Of a stretch of DNA of 64,000 nt, positions 13,254-27,024 are shown piece after piece. Below the pieces are notes generated by a model. The model was not told the origin of the DNA, did no database searches, and saw only the letters and a program-made list of their open reading frames with translations. The translations under genes and the position numbers were made by a program. The DNA comes from Eledone cirrhosa (lineage: Eukaryota), in the NCBI GenBank assembly GCA_964016885.1, contig OZ024752.1:5084001-5148000 (forward strand), written 5' to 3'. Position 1 is the first letter of the stretch. Each line of letters opens with the position of its first letter.

Positions 13254-14782
13254 TCATCATCATCATCATCACCGTTTTACGTCCGTTCTTCCACGCTAGC
13301 ATGGGTTAGACGGGTTGTCCTGTTGTGGGCAGTGTCTGGTCGGCTGACCATGCCTTGCTCATACAGGAACTGATCTGGCTTGATTTCTACAGCTGGATGC
13401 CCTTCCTAACACCAACCTCATTTACAGTGAGTGCTGGGTGCTTTTTCGTGGCGCCTACACGTCCACTTTACAGTGTGGGCTGGGTGCTTTTTTGCCGTGG
13501 CACCTCCACGACCACCTTGCGGTGGGGGGGGGGGGGGGCATATTGTTTATATGCTTCAGCATGTACCCATGGGAGGTCGGGTACCCTGTATTACTGCGTG
13601 ACGCCAGAAGTCACGGTCGTGTGTCATTGACTTTGAGAGGTGTAGTTGGGTAAGGTCGGCTTTTATCACCTCATCCCAAGTCATCTTGGGTCTCCCCACT
13701 CCGCGGTTTCCATCAACTTCTAGTGCTCTGCACCTTTTTATGCAGCTGTCATCCTTCATACGCATCACATGTCCATACCAGCGTAACCGCCTCTCCTGCA
13801 CGCAGCATTTGATTCCTCTTATGCTCAGTCTCTCTCTCAATTCCTTTATGCTTTGTCGTTCACGTATATTACTGTTACACATCCATCGGAGCATGCAGGC
13901 TTCGTTTCTCTCTAATCTACGTAAGTCTTCCACCTTCAGCGCCCAGGTCTCACTACCATGCAACATCGCTGTTCGGATACACGCATCATACAGTCTGCCT
14001 TTCATTCTGAGGGAGAAGCCTTTTGCAGCTAGCAGTGGTAGTAGTTCCCTAAACTTCTTCCATCCCGTTCTTACCCTAGTTATTTTACTTTCTGAGCACC
14101 CACCTCCGTTGCTAATTCGGTCACCTAGGTAGCAGAAGCTGTCTACTGTTTCTACAGGGCCCTCCCAGAGATTGGTGGTACTTGTTTCCTGTGGCTGTTT
14201 GCTTGCTGTTTCAGCACAGCTGCTGCATGTGAATCCTACATTCTTAATTAAGCTTCCTGAGATCCCGCTACATCTCTTGTGTACCCATTGTTTGCATTTG
14301 GGGCAGAGAATGGAGTTCCTACCTACACCTTTCCTACATACTGAGCAAGGCCATTTCCCTGAGGGGATCTGGGTTCTGTTTTCTCGTCTACTTATAAGGA
14401 CCTTAGTCTTTGAGGCCCTTTCTCTCTAGTCCCTGCTTCCAGGTTTGGAATTTATTCTCTAGTTCTACCATAGATTCAGCTATGAGTGCGAGGTCATCAG
14501 CATACAGGAGTTCCCATGGGCATCCGGTCTTAAACTCCTCCGTTATTGCCTGCAGGACTATGATGAACAGGAGAGGGCTAAGAACAGAGCCCTGGTGGAC
14601 CCCAACCTGTACGCTAAATTCCTCGCTATACTCATTGCCAATCCTAACTTTGCTGACTGCTCCCCTATACATGGCTTGTACCGCTTTCACAAGCCATTCA
14701 TCTACTCCTAGTTTTCTAAGAGCCCACCAGATTACTGCACGTGGAACTCTGTCAAAGGCTTTCTCAAGGTCGACAAATGCCA

Positions 14783-14785
<3 letters not shown>
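13254..14785 (-). mobile_element. RTE LINE family B, 5'-truncated (RT with PHD-like insert, C-terminus, 3' UTR)
   Basis: [46 protein letters not shown] and RLRWYGHV motifs; a small frameshifting deletion near 14410; (TGA)n tail. Confidence 0.93.
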
Positions 14786-14872
<87 letters not shown>

Positions 14873-14873
14873 G

Positions 14874-15022
<149 letters not shown>

Positions 15023-15168
15023 GTATATATATATATGTATATATGTAAATATATAAATGTAAATATGTATACGTACATACATATATACAGACATACAGCA
15101 GTATGTATATACATACATACATGCACACATATATATATGTACGTATGGGTTTACCGAACATTTATTAT

Positions 15169-15230
<62 letters not shown>

Positions 15231-15267
15231 GTATGTATGTGTATATATATATGTATGTATATATGTA

Positions 15268-15642
15268 TATCATCATCATCATCTTATGTCCGCTTTTCAC
15301 TGCTTGCAGGGGTTGGACGGAAACTGATTTTGGCTTGATTTCTACCGCTGGATTCCCTTCCTAACACCAAGTTAGTGCTGGGTGTTTTTTTTTTCCGTGG
15401 CGCCTACAGTCCACTTTACATGTGTGGGCTGTGTGCTTTTTTACTGTGGCACCTCCACGACCACTTTGCAGTGGAATGATAGGGACCCCAGTCCTATCAT
15501 CTCATTTCTACAGCTGAGTAAACTGGAGCAATGTGAAATAAAGTGTCTTGCTCAACGAAACAACACATCACCAGGTCTGAGAATTGAACTCACAACCTTT
15601 CGATTGCAAGGCCAACGCTTTAACCACTAAGCCATGTGCCTC
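15268..15642 (-). mobile_element. SINE family 1 copy
   Basis: tRNA head, CORE-like body and RTE-type tail, as in the other copies. Confidence 0.88.
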
Positions 15643-15649
15643 TATGTAT

Positions 15650-15681
<32 letters not shown>

Positions 15682-15704
15682 GTGTATATATATATGTGTA
15701 TATA

Positions 15705-15745
<41 letters not shown>

Positions 15746-15811
15746 ATATATGTATATATGTATATGTGTATATATATGTATGTATGTATATAAATATATA
15801 TGTATATATAC

Positions 15812-18773
15812 CATCATGATCATCATGATCATCATTTTACGTCCGCTTTTCCCTGCTTGCAAGGGTGGGATGGGTCTTATTCAGCACAGCATCTCTCCAC
15901 TCGTCACGGTCCTTCGGCATCTCCACCGTGAGCTTCAGCGATCTGAGGTCTGTTCTCACCACCACCGCCCATATTTTTGGTGGTCTACCACTACCACATC
16001 TTCCTTCAACTGGCATTTCCTGGCACTTCTTCACCCATCAGTCATCCTCCATGCACATCACATGTCCATACCACCTCAGTCTCCTCTCTCGCACACTACA
16101 TTCTATTATCCCTCTCAGACACAGATTCTCTCTCAACACATCCATGCTGGGTCGTTCACGCACATTGACACTGCACATCCAACGGAGCATGCTTGCCTCA
16201 TTTCTCTCCAGCCATCGCATATCCTGTGCAGTTATTACCCAAGTCTCACTACCATGCAGCATCGTGCTCCTCACACAGGCATCATATAACCGGCCTTTCA
16301 TACGCAGGGAGAAACCCTTCTTCGTCAGCAGAGGAAGCAGCTCCCTAAACTTCTTCCAACTCGTCCTTATTCAAGATACTATGGCCTCGGAACACCCTCC
16401 TCCCATGCTAATCTGATCTCCTAGGTACCGGAAGCTATAGCACCCGCCTGCATTTGAAAAATGTGTCTATCAATGCGACTTCTACTGTCTAATTTCCCTG
16501 TACATCTCCTGCATACATATTTCTCCCTACCTGTTAGTTTGCCTGCTATCCCACTACATCTCTTGTGCACCCAGGATCTGCATTGCGTGCATTTTATAGA
16601 ATTTATGCCAGTTCCTTTTCTGCATATCGAACATGGCCATTTCCCTGACAGAATCAGAGTTTTCTCCTATTTTCTACTTATCAACACTTTTGTCTTAGCT
16701 AGGTTCACTCTCAGTCCTCTTGCTTCCAACTGGTGTTTCCATAGCCAGAATTTATTCTCTAGCTCCTCTACTGATTCTGCTATAAGAACCAGATCGTCAG
16801 CATAGAGAAGTTCCCATGGACAGCCAGTCTTAAACTCCCCTGTTATGGCTTGGAGAATATACCTTAACGGTTCAAGTTATCCTTGGATAACTTGAACCGT
16901 TAAGGTATATTCTCCTTGGTTATGTCAATATTTATAAAACACACTTCGTATTTTATCTGGTGATAGCGTACCAAAATTTTGGTACCCTTGAAATATATAT
17001 AATAGAATAAATATGATTTTATAAATATAGTTTCCGTTTATTTAATATCATTGTATATTATACTCCAGAAAACTTGTAGAGTGCTCTGAATCAGTTATAA
17101 GCATTTATATTTGTTGAATTACCAACAAATTGAATATCCCTTCTGCTTATATCCAAGTCAGGAAAAGCTAAGTAGAGGGGTTTACCTTTCCTGTAGTTGC
17201 CGTACAAGGAAAAGAGCATCTGTGGTACTTTTACCTGGCACAAACCCAAATTGCATTTCATCTAGATCAATTCGGTCTCGAATTATTTGTGCAATAACTC
17301 TTTCTGTGACCTTCATGACCTGGTCAACTAACTTAATACCTCTATAGTTTCCTCTATTTAGAGCGTCTCCTTGCAGTTAACGATGCTGCTGCTACGCCAG
17401 TCATTTCGTATGACCCCGTTCTGTATTACTTGGTTTACTATCCGGATGACCATAGTATGTCCCATCATTCCAGATGCTTTCAACATCTCAGCAACTATAT
17501 CCGAAGTCCCAGCCTCCTTGCCTGTCTTCATATCTTTGATTGCCTTACTTATTATACTACCATTAACTTGCACAGCTGGTCCCTCTATTGGATCTATTTG
17601 GGGCAGACTATCTTTTTCCCATTTATTCTCCTAATTTACTAGCCTCTTGTAGTGACACTTCCAAGCTACCTTCTTATCAGTATCAGTGAGGGCAAGTGTA
17701 CCATCCTCATTATGGACACACTTCTCCCCGACAGTATCACAGTTTTCCTTGAAACATTGTCTTGCAATCCTGAATGCCTCACGTTTTTGGTCCTTGCATT
17801 GTAGAACATACTTGAATTTTCTATCCTCTGCTTCCTTTCTTGCAAAGTACACTTGTCACCTAGCTTCTCTCCTAGCCACCTGATAGTGTTCTTTACTTCC
17901 CCCATCCCACCATACTTTCCAAGCCTGCTTTTTGGCCCCAATTGTCTCCTCCACCTTACTGTTCCACCACCAAGTTACTCTCCTCCTGCCAATAGATCTG
18001 CTCCAGCCATAGATTTCATCTGTTGCCTTCAGCAGGTTAACTTTCAGGAATTCCCACTGTTCCTCTATATTGGACGTCTCTAATTGCTCTTCCTTACTGT
18101 TAAAAGCATCAAGTAATATGCTTTTAAATTCGTTACTGGCTATGGGGTCCTTTAACTTCCATATTCTTCTCCTCAAGGTGCGCCTCTTTTGTCAAGTACA
18201 TCTAGTCCTGACTATGAGGTCGCTAACTATTAGGCTATGTTGGGAGGTGCATTCTTCATGAGGGAGGGACTTAGTCTTTACAACAGACACTCTGTCACGT
18301 TTTCTAGTAAGGATATAATCTATCTGGTTGGCATGTTCCCCCGATCTATAGGTGATCAAGTGATTGTCTCGTTTTTTGAAGTTTGTGTTACAGATAGTTA
18401 GGTTATTTGCATCACAGAATTCCAGGATCCTGAAGCCTTCCTCATTTCTAGTACCAAGCCCATAGCCGCCATGGATTCCATCAAAGCCATCATAATGTTG
18501 TCCAACATGACCAGCAATAATTATGTAGTTACTGTCAGTTATTTGGGAGGTAGTGAGCATTAGCGACTCATAGAATCGGTCTTTTATAATGTCGAGTAGG
18601 CCAGATTGGGGTGCATAAGTAGATATTATTGACACTGTTGTTCTATTTAGAACTAGTCTTATTTTAATTATTCTGTCGTTCACTCTATTTACAGCAATTA
18701 CCTTATCTACCCATTTTTCAGCTAACATAATTCCTTCTCTACCCAGCCCTTTGTCATTTCCCACCCAGAAAAT
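15812..18773 (-). mobile_element. RTE LINE family A, decayed (APE endonuclease + RT), interrupted at about 16852-17185
   Basis: APE motifs (IISTYAPQ, QIDYIL, SQH) in ORF 18192-18764; TWWWN; QFGFVPGKSTTDALF; LYADD; FRYLGD; HGSETW. Multiple stops and frameshifts. Confidence 0.93.
16852..17185 (+). mobile_element. PLE-type non-coding insert with a 5' perfect hairpin, nested in the RTE
   Basis: 31 bp arms 16852-16882 and 16885-16915 around a tt loop. Degenerate HHR core ctggtga...gtacca/tggtac...gaaa at about 16957-17000. The host RT segment is missing at this site. Confidence 0.6.
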
Positions 18774-19675
18774 TTATATATATATATATATATAGGAACG
18801 AGTAGGACCCCGACGGCTAAGCTCAAGCCGTTTCGACGGCTAATTCTGGACTATATATATATATATATAATTATTAAACATACATATCTGTGTGTATCTA
18901 CTTATATGTTTACATAACTATTTTATCTATATAGTTATATTATACATAATTATTAAATATACATGTGTGTGTGTGTGTGTGTGAATTAATGAGTGTGTGT
19001 GTTCTTAAAACAAAATCCCTAAGATATAAGACATACTGTAATAGAATTAAATATTCCAATATTTACCAAAATTTATTCCTATTCTCTATTGTAATATTAG
19101 ATGAACGATATCATAAACTAATTGTCTTTTTGCATTAATTAAGCATGCACCATTTGATAGTTTTCTAAAGCTTTTTATTAACGTAATTTTTTCTTTTTTT
19201 CTATACATATATATCTTTTGTACATCTTTTGTCTAATTCTCCTTTCAATTTTTTTTTTCGTCTTTTTCTCTTCTTTCTTTTCCCATCCCCTCCTACTTTC
19301 TCATTCTGGCTTTATCTTCTTATTCTTCTTACTTTTGTTTCATTTAATTCCTCTTTCTTCTTTTCATTCATCTCATTCTTTATCTTCTTTTTCTTCGTCT
19401 TTTGCACATCTTTTTCTATTTTTCTTCATCTTTTTCTCATCATTTTCTTTTTTTTCTTCTATTGTTTTTCATTTATATTTGTTCTTTTTTCATTTTTTCT
19501 TCTAGCATTTTCTTCTTCCTTATTTCGTCATCCTTTTCCTTATTCCTTCTTGCTTCTTATTTTTCTTCTTTCTTCTTTCTTTCTCTTACTTATTCTATCC
19601 TTTTTTATATTTTTCATCTTTGTTTTCTTCTTCTTCTTCTCCAACTTCTCTTTCCTCTTATATATATACATATAT

Positions 19676-19753
<78 letters not shown>

Positions 19754-20636
19754 CAAGCGATATCTAATTGTCTTGCTCGCTATTATTGTGTGTGCATATA
19801 TATATATATAATTCTTACAGAATTGTTTCCTCATGCTTCAACACACCCTTCCATTCTCTTGTGAGCCTCCCTGCTCCCCACACACCTTGTCCAATGTACT
19901 TCCCACAGTTGACAATTACAATCAGAGGCCTGCCTATTAAAAAGCCCTTTACTATAGATATTTCATGAGAAACTCATAATCAATTGACCCCTACTTAGAC
20001 CTGTGACCAGGCTTTGATGTTGGGTTGGGTTTGGTTGGAGTGGAGGAAAACTCCAGAAAATTCTGAGTGCTCATTCTAATTCCCTAGGGAATTTTTTGAC
20101 CAGCTTCTTGAATTAACCTTAAGGGGTTGGGGGGAGGGGGTTAATGTATTTTTGTATGTTTGTTTTTCAATGTAATTTTTTTTGTTCTTTTTGGAGAAGA
20201 AAATTTTGTAAAGCCAAGACTTATAGGACATCTTTTTTTAATATTCTATTTTCTAAATCTGAAAGTACACCATTAAAAAAGTATACATTCATTTTGGTGT
20301 CTTGTGCCATATTTTTATTGTATGCTTTCACTATATTACTAGGAACAGTTCTGTGTACCTTCGTTATTATATGCACTGGAGTTTTTTTAATGTTGGGGTG
20401 GCTGGGTATTAAAATATTAAGATGATCGTCATCCTTGCTAGACATGTATCTTTAGGGCTCTACTTATTTCATTACTATAATAGTAACTTAATGTAAAGTT
20501 CTTATATAAAATTATGTTGGAGGATTTTAATTTAACTTGGAAAGCTTTAAAATGGGTGGTTTTATTTCATAGAACCAAAGCCGGTTTCGGCCGCATTGGT
20601 AACTGAAGTCCAAAACTAACTTATATATATATATAA

Positions 20637-20791
20637 ATGCACACAATGCAGATCCTGGGTACACAAGAGATGTAGTGGGATAGCAGGCAAACTAACAGGT
20701 AGGGAGAAATATGTATGCAGTAGATGTACAGGGAAATTAGACAGTAGAAGTCGCATTGATAGACACATTTTACAAATGCAGGAGGGTGCTA
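20637..20791 (+). mobile_element. Isolated RTE family A fragment covering most of the PHD-like insert
   Basis: Near-identical reverse complement of about 16440-16595 (KCTQCRSWVHKRCSG...YVCSRC). Confidence 0.85.
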
Positions 20792-20796
20792 CATCT

Positions 20797-22180
20797 CTTA
20801 AAAGGATAAACAATACAATTCTTCAACCTGGAAAACACAACCACCCAAATCACCAACACATAAACAACATAACACAAAATCACAATACAACCCCAGCACT
20901 AAATCACCCACAAAGCAGTCTTCATTCTCTCTCTAACATTAATTACAATAAGAATAGCTCAAAGATTAATGAGAATTATGTAGGTACCTCCAAAAACCAT
21001 CTTACGTATGGTTGTAATTGCAGAAATAGAAGCGCTTTCCCCTTAAATGGCAACTGTTTGATTAATAATGTAATATATAAATGCACTGTGTCTACTAATA
21101 ACTCCAACAAATCATATATAGGATCTACATCGAACACATTTAAGAAAAGATATTATGCACACTCCAGTAGCTTTAACAATACTAAACTAGCTAATACCAC
21201 ATCCTTAGCTGAATCAGTAAATGACTATAAAAAGAAAGGAATAGATTTCAAACTATCGTGGAATACCATTCTACAAAGAACTCCATATCTTGGGAACACG
21301 AGAGAATGTAGATTATGTTCCGGTAATATCTTGGAAATTACTAAATCTAAAGACGATTTATTTAATAAACGACAAGAATTGATTATAGTTTGTAATCACC
21401 GTATACGAAAAACATTTAAATACTATAAACCTAACTAAACATTCTAGATAACAGCTCACTATAGTTCTATGTGATGAACCTTTTTATTAATATCCCTTTC
21501 TCCTAAAATCTTTTAACCTTTTAATTTTTTAGCTTCCATAGATTCATGTGTTACTGACTATTTTATTACATATTATATTAATATATTATTGTATTTAATT
21601 ATCTTATTATAATTTTAATATTTTAATATACTATCCTTCCTAATTATGACCATTAACTTACTTATCTATATTTATTCTAGTTATTTCCGTATATATCATA
21701 TCTCTTTATTTATATTCACCTAAAAAATTCCATTCAACACAACTCAACATACAAATTTTTTTTAAATTTCACTCCACCAACTGCAATCCGCTATTAATAC
21801 AATCCCCTTTCTCTATAAGTAATTTTATTTTTAACACTCTTCAACCATTCCTTTAAAGAGGTCGTGACCTTAGCTAGAGTGGGTTTTATTTCGTCTTAAC
21901 ATCATTTGGCAAAATACCATTTGATTGGTTTATTCTTCGGCAGCCTCCAAATAAGGTCACTAAACCCAATTTACTACTGATACTGAATAAAATTCTCATT
22001 GCTTTTGACAACAGCTGATGATATACAAGTAGGTAAATATTCTCCTTATCTGATATTTTGTAACTAACCTTACATAGATCGATAACGAAATATGCGTACA
22101 CTGTATTATTATCACCTAGAAACGATCGTAAAGCAGTGAAGTATTTTCCTAATGACTTGAATTTTTATTTCATTGTTTTA
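20797..22180 (+). mobile_element. Second PLE family: GIY-YIG endonuclease C-terminus plus pseudo-LTR
   Basis: The ORF to 21438 reads CNCRNRSAFPLNGNCLINNVIYKCTV...KSYIGST...FKKRYYAH...CRLC. A degenerate HHR (acag-CTGATGA...GAAA...ctgt) lies at 22011-22104. Confidence 0.85.
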
Positions 22181-22295
22181 ACTTATATATATATACATAT
22201 ATATATATACAAAAATGAAAATGAGCGGAGCAAGCAATTATCAAACAATCTTTTAAATAAATTAAAAAACGATTTAAATATTCACCTGTTCTATT

Positions 22296-22375
22296 GCTGT
22301 TACCGACGGTTTCACTAATCAAAAGATTGGAAATCCAGAGAATTTCGAATGGAAAGAATTAGATCTTCAGACAGC
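22296..22375 (-). ncRNA. Type I hammerhead ribozyme motif with extended stem II
   Basis: Minus strand: gctgt-CTGAAGA-tctaatt...gattagt-GAAA-ccgtcgg-TA-acagc. Stem I gctgt/acagc, stem II ctaat/attag, GUA cleavage triplet. Confidence 0.78.
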
Positions 22376-22751
22376 TATTTCCATACCATAAGGGTGCAAA
22401 CCTCATAGTAAGTCAATATTTCGCTTACTGCCCGACACGTGTGGTCAAGCCGCTGAAGTGACGCACATGCAAAATTAGGCCACAAGTAAAAGCGGGTTAT
22501 TATAAACTTGCTGATCATGCCGCTAAAAATAGCAGCGCGATACAACGTTTTGTTCTCTACATATAGGAGAAAAATTATAAAACGGTATCGATATTCCAAT
22601 AGGCACTAGGTACCCACAGAAATATGCATGGTGTTTATAATAGTTGTGGTTCGATGGTACTAATTTGAGATACCAGAACTATAAAAATGAGCGGAGCAAG
22701 CAATTATCAAACAATCTTTTAAATAAATTAAAAAACGATTTAATATACACC

Positions 22752-22792
<41 letters not shown>

Positions 22793-23149
22793 TCAGACAC
22801 ACACACATATATATATATGTGATTGTTTGCTGTTTTTTTTCACCCTAACTTTGCCTTTCCCCCCTGCCCTCCTCCTCTACTTCCTCCTCTTCCCAGAAAT
22901 ATCTCAAATGAATGCCTCAAGGCTAAATTCTTGAAACTAATCAATTAGAGATATATTGTAGAATTATTTTTAAATATTCTGTCCGTGCCTGCCACCATCT
23001 TTATTCCTGCCATTCATGTCTTTTGTCTGGTTGCTCCAGCTGCTGTTGAGTGCTATATCCACTCTGGGACAAAACACTGGCACACACTTCTCTATCTTCC
23101 CTCATACTCTCTTAGGTGAGCCCACCCATCCACTGGTTGTCATCACCAC

Positions 23150-23938
23150 ACCACCACTGCTACTGCTACTACTACTACTACTGCTACTACTACGGCTACT
23201 ACTACTACTACTACTTTCGCCACTATTATTACTACTACTGTTACTACTACTACTACTATTACTACTACTACTACTGTCACCACTACTACCATTATTACCT
23301 CCACTACTTCTACCACTATTACTACAACCTCTACTACAAATAACTCTGCTACCACTATTACTACAACCTCTACTACAAATACCTCTGCTACCACTACTAT
23401 TACTACAACCTCTACTACAAATACCTCTGCTACCACTACTATTACTACAACCTCTACTACAAATAACTCTGCTACCACTATTACTACAACCTCTACTACA
23501 AATACCTCTGCTACCACTACTATTACTACAACCTCTACTACAAATACCTCTGCTACCACTACTATTACTACAACCTCTACTACAAATACCTCTGCTACCA
23601 CTACTATTACTACAACCTCTACTACAAATACCTCTGCTACCACTACTATTACTACAACCTCTACTACAAATAACTCTGCTACCACTATTACTACAACCTC
23701 TACTACAAATACCTCTGCTACCACTACTATTACTACAACCTCTACTACAAATACCTCTGCTACCACTACTATTACTACAACCTCTACTACAAATACCTCT
23801 GCTACCACTATTACTACAACCTCTACTACAAATACCTCTGCTACCACTATTACTACAACCTCTACAACTACTACCACCATCACCACCACTACTACTTCCA
23901 CTACCAATACTACTACTACCACCACCACTACTACCACT
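23150..23938. repeat. (ACT)n-derived 39/42 bp minisatellite with flanking trinucleotide tracts
   Basis: Unit ccactactattactacaacctctactacaaatacctctgcta, about 13 copies. Confidence 0.93.
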
Positions 23939-24530
23939 CATTGTATTTTTTCGTCATGCACTCGTGAGTATTTCACTGTGCACGTGTGTGTGTGTATGTG
24001 AGTGTATACGTGCGTGTTTGTGTCTGTGTATGTTTGTGTGTGTGTTTGCATGTGTGTATGTGTATCTGTATATGCATGTATGTGGGTTTATGTGTATATG
24101 TATGTAGGTATTTGTGTATGTATGTTGGTACCTATGTATGTATGTAAGTGGGTATCTGTGTATGTATGTGGATATGTGTTTATGTATCTGTGTGTATGTA
24201 TTTGGGTGTCTTTGTATATGTACATGTTTCTATAAAAGTGTGTATGTTGTGTATGTTTGTGCAATGTGTATCTGTTTTTATATTTGCATGAATTTGTAAA
24301 TATATTGTGTATTTCTGTGTGTGTGTGTGTGTGTACTTGTTTCTCTATTTTGTATATGTGTGTGTTTGTGTACTTGTTTCTCTATTTTGTGTGTGTGTAT
24401 ATGTGTGTGTTTGTGTACTTGTTTCACTATTTTGTGTGTGTGTTTGTGTACTTGTTTCACTGTGCCGAGCTCATGGATGTTACGCAACCATCTGGCTCAA
24501 GTTCTATCCCTGTAAATGATCTGATTATCT

Positions 24531-24635
24531 ATAATTGTTTCTACGTTTGGCACAAGGCCAGCAATTACCCCAGTGTATTACTGGTACTTTATTTTATCGA
24601 CCCCGTAAGGATGAAAGGCAAAGTTAAACTCAAAT
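24531..24635 (-). mobile_element. SINE family 2 (Meta-domain-like) 3' fragment
   Basis: Reverse complement of aactttgcctttcatccttacggggtcgataaaataaagtaccag...ggccttgtgccaaa. Confidence 0.75.
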
Positions 24636-25144
24636 GATAAAATAAACCTAAAGAGGCTGCTATCTCTCAGAACTGGCTGGTCTTGTGGTTCCAGGCTGCC
24701 TCCTCTCAGACCATACAGGCTCACTTGTCCTTCTTCCTCATGCCACACACATATCTGCCTCCCCAGACAGATGTTAACTCCCTACATTCAATCGTTCCCC
24801 CCCCCCCCCCCCAGAATGTCATCCCACTGGAATATCTTCTGCAGCTGTCAACTTGCTATTGTTTACAAGGAACATCAACTCCATCAACGTTGCTGGGGTC
24901 AAAATGCCTGCAATTGCCATTGGCAATGCTACCTTCCTCCAATACAAATAAAATAGAATACTTGTGGCTTTAAATATTCTGTTTCTCTCTCCCCTTCTCT
25001 CCTCCCTCTCTCTCCCTCCCTTTCTCTCCCTCCCTTTCTCTTTATCTCTTTCGGCCTCTATCTTTCTCCCTCACTCTCCTCTCGCTACCTCTCTCTATGT
25101 CTCACTTTTCCTCCCTCTTTCCCCTGATCTCTCCCCCACATCCC

Positions 25145-25205
<61 letters not shown>

Positions 25206-25507
25206 ATGGAGTAACTTTCTCTATCATTTCTCCAGTTTTGCTCAAGCAATACCAGTAACATACTGGGTTTAATGAAAGTAATTATAACTCTAATCTACAA
25301 AAATCTAGTCTTTAAGACAAATTAGGAGAAAGAAAAATAATTTTTGGAAATCAAAGCATTGTACTTTGCTAAATATACACAAATGTATGGGATGCTGTTG
25401 TTGTTGATATCATTAGCAACATCATTTAATGTTCATATGTATTGGCATCATCTGTTGTTACTATTATGGCTCACACCCGTGAAGGTTTGGCCAGCCTCAT
25501 ATACAGT

Positions 25508-25614
25508 TGATATTTCATAGGAGATTACATAATGATATGTCATAGGAGATTACATAATGATATGTCATAGGAGATTACATAATGATATTTCATAGGAGAT
25601 TACATAATGATATG
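25508..25614. repeat. 25 bp tandem repeat, about 4 copies
   Basis: tgatatgtcataggagattacataa repeated. Confidence 0.9.
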
Positions 25615-26142
25615 AACCCCAGTCCTATCAGGCCACCATTTTTCTGGTGACAGTTCTGTAACTAAAGTCTAAAGTCTGTTTTATACCAGAAGGCTCATTT
25701 GGCCAGTGCTTATCCAGGTTTCATGGCGTGAAGCGACTGAGATTACAAGACATTTTATAATGTTACGAACCCCAGTCCTGTCATGTCACCATTTTTCTGG
25801 TGACAGTGCGGTGAGATTTGAACTTGAACTCAGAGTGCACCATTCCACCATTCTGCCAATCCACCATTCTGGATTCAATAGTTTATCAAACATGAGAGAA
25901 TGAATTGTAATGTTGACCTTATCAAGATTTGAACTCAAGGTTAGTGACAAGAACTAAATAAAATACCACAAGGCATTTCATGTCCATCTCAAACACTTCT
26001 GCCAGTTTGTTGTGTGTGTGTGTGTGGGTACACATAAGTGTGTATTTGTGTGCATTTAAACATCATCACCAGCAGCAGCAGGAGCTTCTAATTTGTAGCT
26101 GAAGGCCATAAAACAAATTTTTTTTTTTTTTTTTTTTTTTGT

Positions 26143-26706
26143 ATCATCATCATCACCGTTTAACCTCCGTTCTTCCATGCTAGCATGGGTTAGACGGCTT
26201 GTCCTGTTGTGGGCAGTGTCCGGTCGGCTGACCATGCCTTGCTCATACAGGAACTGATTTGGCTTGATTTCTACAGCTGGATGCCCTTCCTAACACCAAC
26301 CTCATTTACAGTGAGTGCTGGGTGCTTTTTTATGGCGCCTACACGTCCACTTTACAGTGTGGGTTGGGTGCTTTTTTGCCGTGGCACCTCCACGACCACC
26401 TTGCGGTGGGGGGAGTGGGGGCATATTGTCTATATGCTTCAGCATGTACCCATGGGCGGTCGGGTAGTCTGTATTACTGCGTGACGCCAGAAGTCACGGT
26501 CGTGTGTCATTGTCTTTGAGAGGTGTAATTGGGTAAGGTCGGCTTTTATCACCGCATCCCAGGTCATCTTGGGTCTCCCCACTCCGCGGTTTCCATCAAC
26601 TTCTAGTGCTCTGCACCTTTTTATGCAGCTGTCATCCTTCATACGCATCACATGTCCATACCAGCGCAACCGCCTCTCCTGCACACAGCATTTGATTCCT
26701 CTTATG

Positions 26707-26710
<4 letters not shown>
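26143..26710 (-). mobile_element. RTE family B 3' end, second copy
   Basis: Highly similar to 13254-13826. Confidence 0.9.
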
Positions 26711-26743
<33 letters not shown>

Positions 26744-26767
26744 AGGTACATTGTATATATATATATA

Positions 26768-27024
26768 GATGGATGCCCTTCCTTACACCAACTTCATTTA
26801 CAGTGAGTGCTGGGTGCTTTTTTTCCGTGGCACCTCCACGACCACTTTGTAGTGGAATGATATGGACCCCAGTCCCTATCATCTCATTTCTACAGCTGAG
26901 TAAACTGGAGCAATGTGAAATAAAGTGTCTTGCTCAAGGAAACAACACATCACCAGGTCTGAGAATTGAACTCACAACCTTTCGATTGCAAGGCCAATGC
27001 TCTAACCACTAAGCCATGTGCCCT
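26768..27024 (-). mobile_element. SINE family 1 copy lacking the tail
   Basis: tRNA head and CORE-like body are present. Confidence 0.88.

Noticed and set aside
19218-19864. Phe/Ser/Leu-rich membrane-like ORFs
   Set aside because: Low-complexity T/C-rich tract.
23016-24107. Leu/Pro-rich, Ser/Gly-rich or mucin-like Thr-rich protein
   Set aside because: A trinucleotide-derived minisatellite open in several frames, with no credible splice signals or unique coding flanks.
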